Shown here in pieces: positions 27,355 through 32,000 of a stretch of 32,000 bases of DNA. Position numbers and translations under genes: made by a program. This DNA comes from Aliivibrio fischeri ES114. Lineage in GTDB: Bacteria; Pseudomonadota; Gammaproteobacteria; Enterobacterales; Vibrionaceae. The stretch lies in NCBI RefSeq assembly GCF_000011805.1, contig NC_006840.2. One strand, given 5' to 3'. Every line of letters begins with the position of its first letter. The first letter of the stretch is position 1. The notes below the pieces were generated by a model. The model ran no database searches. It worked only from the letters and a program-made list of their open reading frames with translations, and was not told the origin of the DNA.

Positions 27355-27474
27355 TGCTTGGCGACCATAGCGTTATGGACCCACCTGATCCCATGCCGAA
27401 CTCAGAAGTGAAACGTAATAGCGCCGATGGTAGTGTGGGGTTTCCCCATGTGAGAGTAGGACATCGCCAGGCTT
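27355..27474 (+). rRNA. rrf: 5S ribosomal RNA, copy 2
   Basis: Same sequence as copy 1. The 23S-5S spacer differs slightly (gcattaagaattaagc vs gcattaagaacacaatatagc). Confidence 0.95.
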
Positions 27475-27503
27475 TAAATTAAGATACACTGAATAGACAC
27501 TGC

Positions 27504-27580
27504 GGAGTGGTAGTTCAGTTGGTTAGAATACCGGCCTGTCACGCCGGGGGTCGCGGGTTCGAGTCCCGTCCACTCCGCCA
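27504..27580 (+). tRNA. tRNA-Asp (GUC), distal gene of rrn operon 2
   Basis: ggagtggtagttcagttggttagaataccggcctgtcacgccgggggtcgcgggttcgagtcccgtccactccgcca. 77 nt, with acceptor ggagtgg/ccactcc, anticodon loop CTGTCAC and an encoded CCA. Confidence 0.95.
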
Positions 27581-27592
27581 CTTATTAAAAAA

Positions 27593-27621
27593 AGCCCTAA
27601 TCGAAAGATTAGGGCTTTTTT
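27593..27621 (+). terminator. Rho-independent terminator of rrn operon 2
   Basis: agccctaatc (27593-27602), gaaa loop, gattagggct (27607-27616), then tttttt. Confidence 0.85.
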
Positions 27622-27653
27622 GCATCTGTAGAAAACAGAATGAGATAAGCAAA

Positions 27654-27758
27654 GCGAAGTAGCAGCTCAGTTGGTTAAGCTTTTTATTGGAGAGCTTAGC
27701 GGCCTGTCACACTGAGGGGCATATCGCTGGTTGATAGAAAGTCCCGTTAACGTGGCCA
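27654..27758 (+). pseudogene. tRNA-Asp-like pseudogene unit 1
   Basis: gcgaagtagcagctcagttggttaag + ctttttattggagagcttagc + ggcctgtcac.... The D-arm block and the CTGTCAC loop are retained. The 3' side of the anticodon stem and the acceptor stem no longer pair, and the T-arm is replaced. A perfect terminator copy follows at 27770-27798. Confidence 0.75.
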
Positions 27759-27830
27759 CTTATTTAAGAAGCCCTAATCGAAAGATTAGGGCTTTTTTAC
27801 ATTTGTAGAAAACAGAATGAGATAAGCAGG

Positions 27831-27940
27831 GCGAAGTAGTAGTTCAGTTGGTTAGACTTTTTATTGGAGATCTTAGCGGCCTATCACGCCGGGGGACGTG
27901 TCGCTCTGAAGGTTGGTAGAACGTCCCATTAACTCCGCTA
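27831..27940 (+). pseudogene. tRNA-Asp-like pseudogene unit 2
   Basis: gcgaagtagtagttcagttggttagac + tttttattggagatcttagc + ggcctatcacgccggggg + acgtgtcgctctgaaggttggtagaacgtccc + attaactccgcta. The anticodon loop is CTATCAC. A 7-bp stem gggacgt/acgtccc replaces the T-arm. No terminator copy follows. Confidence 0.75.
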
Positions 27941-27973
27941 CTTATTTAAAGAAAACGGAATGAAATGAGCAGA

Positions 27974-28083
27974 GCTAAGTGGTAGTTCAGTTGGTTAGGC
28001 TTTTTATTGGATAGTTTAGCTGTCTGTCACGCCGGAGGACGTGTTGTTTTCAAGGTTGATAGAAAGTCCCGTAAACGTAGTCA
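27974..28083 (+). pseudogene. tRNA-Asp-like pseudogene unit 3
   Basis: gctaagtggtagttcagttggttaggc + tttttattggatagtttagc + tgtctgtcacgccggagg.... A decayed terminator copy follows at about 28097-28124 (aaaccctaccgaaagattaggactttttt). Confidence 0.7.
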
Positions 28084-28155
28084 TTTATTTGAAGAAACCC
28101 TACCGAAAGATTAGGACTTTTTTACATCTGTAGAAAACGGAATGAGATAAGCAGA

Positions 28156-28250
28156 GCGAAGTGTGAGTTCAGTTCGTTTTAGACTTTTTATTGGAGAGCT
28201 TAGCAGTTTGTTGTACTGAGGAACTTTCTGAGAAGGTTTGTTAATTATTT
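28156..28250 (+). pseudogene. tRNA-Asp-like pseudogene unit 4, the most decayed and 3'-truncated
   Basis: gcgaagtgtgagttcagttcgttttagac + tttttattggagagcttagc + agtttgttgtactgagg.... The anticodon region is lost and the unit ends ...gaaggtttgttaattatttgagc. Confidence 0.6.
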
Positions 28251-28253
28251 GAG

Positions 28254-28281
28254 CTAAAAAAAGAGGCGAACAAGCGCCTCT
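28254..28281 (-). terminator. Rho-independent terminator of the antiporter gene
   Basis: agaggcg (28262-28268), a 6-nt loop, cgcctct (28275-28281). On the minus strand the hairpin is followed by tttttt(t)a (complement of 28254-28261). Confidence 0.7.
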
Positions 28282-28298
28282 TCTATTAATTTCAATTT

Positions 28299-29576
28299 CT
28301 ACATTTCTTTTTCAAGCTTCTTGGCTTTATCAATCATAGGAGTGATTGTTGACCCTTGTACTAAAATTGAAAAAACAACAACAGAGTAAGTCATTACAAG
28401 AATGATTTCTCTAACATCTATATTTTTTTCGGGTATAACCATAATTCCAGCAGGTATAGCTAGTGCCATTGCTAATGCTAAACCGCCTCTTAAGCCACCC
28501 CAAGTTAAAATACGTACTGATAATGGGTTGTAAGTTCTAAATCGATTAAAGCCAATGTATGAGATAAATACACTTAAATAACGGCTTGTTAAAACTAAAG
28601 GAATAGAAATTGCCATTAATATCCAATCTTCTTGATGGAATTGGAATAAAAGCATAGACATACCAATTAATAGGAATAGTACGCCATTGAGGAATTCGTC
28701 GACAAGTTCCCAGAAGTGATCTAAATGATCTTCACTTTCTTTTGAAAAACCAATAAATCGAGTCCAGTTTCCTATCATAATACCAGAGACAACCATTGCT
28801 AGGGGACCTGAAACATGAAGCACTTCTGCTAGAGCATAACCAGCGGTTGGTATACCAATGGTTAATAATAGCTCCATTGAATGGTCATTGGTTGAACTTA
28901 TTAGATAATGGAAAACTAGCCCAAGAATAAATCCATAGGCAATCCCACCAATAGCTTCTTGGAAGAATAATGCAGTTACACTTCCTACAGTAGGTGTTTC
29001 ATGACCGAAAGCGATGGTAAAGAGAGTTACAAAGATAACAAGGCCAAAGCCATCGTTGAATAATGATTCGCCTTCAATTTGAGTTGAGATTCGTTGCGGA
29101 GCATTCATCTTTTTAACGATAGCAAGAACGGCTATTGGGTCAGTTGGTGATATTAATGCACCAAATAGTAAGCAGTAAATAAGATCTAAATTAACGCCGA
29201 TAACATTACAAATTGCCCATAAAATAAAGCCGATAAAGAACGTTGAAAATAATGTAGCTCCTAAGGCAAGAACCGTTATTTCCCATTTTTGATCTTTTAA
29301 GTTTTGTAGCTTTATGCCCAAGCCTCCAGCAAAAAGCAGAAAACCTAGAATCCCTTTTAATAAAAAATCTTCAAAGTTAATATCTGTTAACGTCTCAGTT
29401 GCTACTTCCCTAAGGTTAAACCAGTTATTTTGACCGGCAATGATAATGCCTAATGAAAGCATCATGGAACCTGCAGTAATAGCAATGGTTGTTTGCATTT
29501 TTCCAATTTTACTATTGAAAAATGCGATTAACATTGCAGCAGCTGCGAGAAAGCAGAGTGTGTTATATACGGACAT
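28299..29576 (-). CDS. Cation:proton antiporter, CPA1 / NhaP-type Na+/H+ exchanger
   Basis: 425 aa and almost entirely hydrophobic, with about 11-12 TM segments. Motifs ...GALISPTDPIAV... and ...ESLFNDGFGLVIF... are typical of the Na_H_Exchanger family. Confidence 0.8.
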   Translation of the reverse strand: MSVYNTLCFLAAAAMLIAFFNSKIGKMQTTIAITAGSMMLSLGIIIAGQNNWFNLREVATETLTDINFEDFLLKGILGFLLFAGGLGIKLQNLKDQKWEITVLALGATLFSTFFIGFILWAICNVIGVNLDLIYCLLFGALISPTDPIAVLAIVKKMNAPQRISTQIEGESLFNDGFGLVIFVTLFTIAFGHETPTVGSVTALFFQEAIGGIAYGFILGLVFHYLISSTNDHSMELLLTIGIPTAGYALAEVLHVSGPLAMVVSGIMIGNWTRFIGFSKESEDHLDHFWELVDEFLNGVLFLLIGMSMLLFQFHQEDWILMAISIPLVLTSRYLSVFISYIGFNRFRTYNPLSVRILTWGGLRGGLALAMALAIPAGIMVIPEKNIDVREIILVMTYSVVVFSILVQGSTITPMIDKAKKLEKEM

Positions 29577-29689
29577 TGCTTAACCTCTAGATTTTTATTT
29601 AATGTAACAAAGTGTGATTTATATCATTTTCCGCTCTATTTGATAAATATCAAATTTTATTTTCATTTTGTTGAAATAAAAATGCTTTT

Positions 29690-29705
29690 AGACGTCTAGA
29701 TTTCT
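29690..29705. promoter_or_regulatory. Candidate MetJ operator (tandem met boxes) upstream of metH
   Basis: agacgtct (29690-29697) is a perfect match to the met-box consensus AGACGTCT. It is followed directly by agatttct (5/8), about 55-70 nt upstream of the metH start. Confidence 0.45.
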
Positions 29706-29758
29706 ATAAAATGTGTGATAGGATTGTAACAGAAACGTATTATGGATGAGGTTGTACC

Positions 29759-32000
29759 GTGGCAGGAAGCAATATAAAAGTACAAATAGAAAAGCAACTT
29801 TCAGAGCGAATTTTATTGATTGATGGTGGTATGGGCACCATGATTCAAGGTTATAAGTTTGAAGAGGAAGATTATAGAGGGGAACGTTTTAATAAATGGC
29901 ATTGTGATCTTAAAGGTAACAATGATTTATTAGTTCTTTCACAACCACAAATTATAAGAGATATCCACGAAGCCTATTTAGAAGCTGGTGCTGATATCCT
30001 TGAGACTAATACTTTTAATGCAACAACTATTGCTATGGCTGATTATGATATGGAAAGCCTTAGTGAAGAGATTAACTTTGAAGCAGCAAAGCTTGCTCGT
30101 GAAGTTGCAGATAAATGGACCGAGAAGACACCAAATAAGCCTCGTTATGTCGCAGGAGTGCTTGGACCAACAAACCGAACTTGTTCTATTTCTCCAGATG
30201 TAAATGATCCAGGCTTTCGTAATGTATCGTTTGATGAATTAGTGGAAGCTTATTCAGAGTCAACTCGAGCACTTATTAGAGGTGGCTCAGATCTTATTCT
30301 TATCGAAACTATTTTTGATACATTAAATGCTAAAGCGTGTTCTTTTGCTGTCGAGTCTGTTTTTGAAGAGCTTGATATTACTCTGCCCGTTATGATTTCA
30401 GGGACAATTACTGACGCATCAGGAAGAACCTTATCGGGACAAACAACAGAAGCTTTTTATAATGCATTAAGACATGTAAAACCTATTTCTTTTGGTCTTA
30501 ATTGTGCGCTTGGTCCTGATGAATTACGTGAATATGTAAGCGATCTTTCACGTATTTCTGAATGTTATGTTTCTGCTCACCCAAACGCTGGTTTACCTAA
30601 TGCATTTGGTGAGTATGATTTATCCCCTGAAGATATGGCTGAGCATGTTGCGGAATGGGCAAGTAGCGGATTTTTAAATCTCATTGGTGGATGTTGTGGC
30701 ACCACTCCTGAACATATTCGTCAAATGGCTTTAGTTGTTGAAGGTGTGAAACCTCGACAATTACCTGAATTACCCGTCGCTTGTCGTCTTTCCGGATTAG
30801 AGCCTTTAACAATAGAAAAAGATTCTTTGTTTATTAATGTTGGTGAACGTACAAATGTTACTGGATCTGCTCGTTTTAAACGCTTAATTAAAGAAGAGCT
30901 TTATGATGAAGCACTAAGTGTTGCTCAAGAGCAAGTTGAAAACGGTGCTCAAATTATCGATATCAACATGGATGAAGGCATGCTTGATGCTGAAGCATGT
31001 ATGGTTCGTTTTTTAAATCTTTGTGCATCAGAGCCTGAAATATCTAAAGTTCCAGTGATGGTTGATTCTTCTAAATGGGAAGTAATTGAAGCTGGATTAA
31101 AGTGTATTCAAGGTAAGGGGATAGTTAATTCAATCTCTTTAAAGGAAGGCAAAGAAAAGTTTGTACATCAAGCCAAGTTAATACGTCGCTATGGTGCTGC
31201 AGTGATCGTTATGGCTTTTGATGAAGTCGGCCAAGCGGACACTCGTGAGCGTAAAATTGAAATTTGTACCAATGCCTACAATATTTTAGTTGATGAAGTT
31301 GGTTTCCCACCTGAAGATATTATTTTTGATCCTAATATTTTTGCGGTTGCTACAGGTATCGATGAGCATAATAACTATGCAGTAGACTTTATTGAAGCTG
31401 TTGGTGATATAAAGCGAACTCTTCCTCATGCAATGATTTCAGGTGGTGTTTCTAACGTCTCTTTTTCTTTCCGTGGAAATAACTACGTTCGTGAAGCTAT
31501 CCATGCCGTATTTTTATATCACTGTTTTAAAAATGGTATGGATATGGGTATCGTAAATGCAGGACAGTTGGAAATATACGATAACGTACCAGAAGATTTG
31601 CGTGAAGCGGTTGAAGATGTAGTTCTGAATCGTAGAGATGATTCTACGGAACGTTTACTTGATATTGCAACTGAGTATTTAGAACGAGCTGTTGGTAAAG
31701 TTGAAGATAAATCAGCTTTAGAGTGGCGTGATTGGCCTGTTGAAAAACGTCTTGAACATTCTCTAGTGAAGGGGATAACAGAGTTTATTGTCGAAGATAC
31801 AGAAGAAGCTCGAATCAATGCAGAAAAACCAATAGAAGTAATTGAAGGGCCATTGATGGACGGAATGAACGTCGTCGGTGATCTTTTTGGTGAAGGAAAA
31901 ATGTTCCTTCCTCAAGTAGTAAAGTCTGCTCGTGTAATGAAACAAGCAGTTGCTCATTTAGAACCGTTTATTAATGCGTCCAAAGAAGTTGGAGCAACAA
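29759..32000 (+). CDS. metH: Cobalamin-dependent methionine synthase (MetH), N-terminal ~747 codons; continues past the window end
   Basis: It is absent from the ORF track because no stop falls inside the window. Frame 2 is open from the GTG at 29759, with an in-frame TGA at 29747 and the SD gaggt 6 nt upstream. The product reads [34 protein letters not shown]...[13 protein letters not shown]...HPNAGLPN...[10 protein letters not shown]..., covering the Hcy-binding and pterin-binding domains of MetH. Confidence 0.92.
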   Translation, partial: MAGSNIKVQIEKQLSERILLIDGGMGTMIQGYKFEEEDYRGERFNKWHCDLKGNNDLLVLSQPQIIRDIHEAYLEAGADILETNTFNATTIAMADYDMESLSEEINFEAAKLAREVADKWTEKTPNKPRYVAGVLGPTNRTCSISPDVNDPGFRNVSFDELVEAYSESTRALIRGGSDLILIETIFDTLNAKACSFAVESVFEELDITLPVMISGTITDASGRTLSGQTTEAFYNALRHVKPISFGLNCALGPDELREYVSDLSRISECYVSAHPNAGLPNAFGEYDLSPEDMAEHVAEWASSGFLNLIGGCCGTTPEHIRQMALVVEGVKPRQLPELPVACRLSGLEPLTIEKDSLFINVGERTNVTGSARFKRLIKEELYDEALSVAQEQVENGAQIIDINMDEGMLDAEACMVRFLNLCASEPEISKVPVMVDSSKWEVIEAGLKCIQGKGIVNSISLKEGKEKFVHQAKLIRRYGAAVIVMAFDEVGQADTRERKIEICTNAYNILVDEVGFPPEDIIFDPNIFAVATGIDEHNNYAVDFIEAVGDIKRTLPHAMISGGVSNVSFSFRGNNYVREAIHAVFLYHCFKNGMDMGIVNAGQLEIYDNVPEDLREAVEDVVLNRRDDSTERLLDIATEYLERAVGKVEDKSALEWRDWPVEKRLEHSLVKGITEFIVEDTEEARINAEKPIEVIEGPLMDGMNVVGDLFGEGKMFLPQVVKSARVMKQAVAHLEPFINASKEVGAT

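Larger units (their letters stand above)
27622..28250 (+). repeat. Tandem array of four degenerate tRNA-Asp-derived units, each made of spacer, pseudo-tRNA and a terminator copy
   Basis: Units begin at 27654, 27831, 27974 and 28156. Spacings from the equivalent point of the real gene (27502) are 152, 177, 143 and 182 nt. Each unit is preceded by gtagaaaac(a/g)gaatga(g/a)at(a/g)agca. Confidence 0.85.

Noticed and set aside
27622-28250. Regularly spaced repeats downstream of tRNA-Asp, considered as a possible CRISPR array.
   Set aside because: The period is irregular (143-182 nt). The repeated part is the long tRNA-like body rather than a 24-40-nt direct repeat separated by unique spacers. No cas genes or leader are nearby.
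27504-28250. Repeated tRNA-Asp fragments considered as attL/attR scars of integrative elements targeting tRNA-Asp.
   Set aside because: Integrase-mediated insertion duplicates the 3' end of the tRNA. Here the 5' D-arm half is the best-conserved part and the 3' acceptor/T-arm is the most altered. No integrase or island cargo lies between copies.
29988-31957. ORFs 29988..30203 (+), 31519..31818 (-) and 31763..31957 (-).
   Set aside because: All fall inside the metH reading frame (frame 2 from 29759), which has unmistakable MetH motifs. They are alternative-frame or antisense artefacts.

Overview
The window looks like a chromosomal segment from a low-GC member of the Vibrionaceae. The 16S/23S sequence and gene order suggest an Aliivibrio/Photobacterium/Vibrio-type organism; I cannot assign a species without a database search. 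It divides into five parts.

- **Sulfate activation, 1-4263 (+):** an operon with the 3' end of cysD, then cysN, an SLC13/TrkA-C permease, and cysC.
- **Minus-strand block, 4347-9631:** a DUF2806-like hypothetical protein, then a five-ORF metal-uptake cluster. That cluster encodes a DUF3299 protein, an FtsX-type permease, an ABC ATPase, a very His-rich DUF2796-like periplasmic protein and a small His-rich membrane ORF. It resembles the Zur-regulated zrg system of Vibrio cholerae and is preceded by a near-consensus Zur box. ytfJ follows.
- **E. coli-like ytfK / msrA / tamA / tamB neighbourhood, 9845-16319.**
- **Two complete rRNA operons in direct tandem, about 16.45-27.6 kb.** Operon 1 is 16S, tRNA-Glu, 23S, 5S. 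Operon 2 is 16S, tRNA-Ile, tRNA-Ala, 23S, 5S, tRNA-Asp.
- **Right end:** a minus-strand CPA1 Na+/H+ antiporter and the 5' two-thirds of metH.

The most unusual structure is at 27.62-28.25 kb. It is a tandem array of four degenerate tRNA-Asp-derived units. All four share the same two internal insertions, and some retain their own copy of the terminator hairpin.

I see no clear novel multi-gene system such as a defence island, CRISPR array or mobile element. The best leads are:
- the tRNA-like array;
- the extra small His-rich ORF between the Zur box and the zrgA-like gene;
- a 30-codon hydrophobic ORF overlapped by a 14-bp inverted repeat;
- the uncharacterised DUF2806-like protein.

All family assignments come from motif recognition by eye. 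No searches were run.
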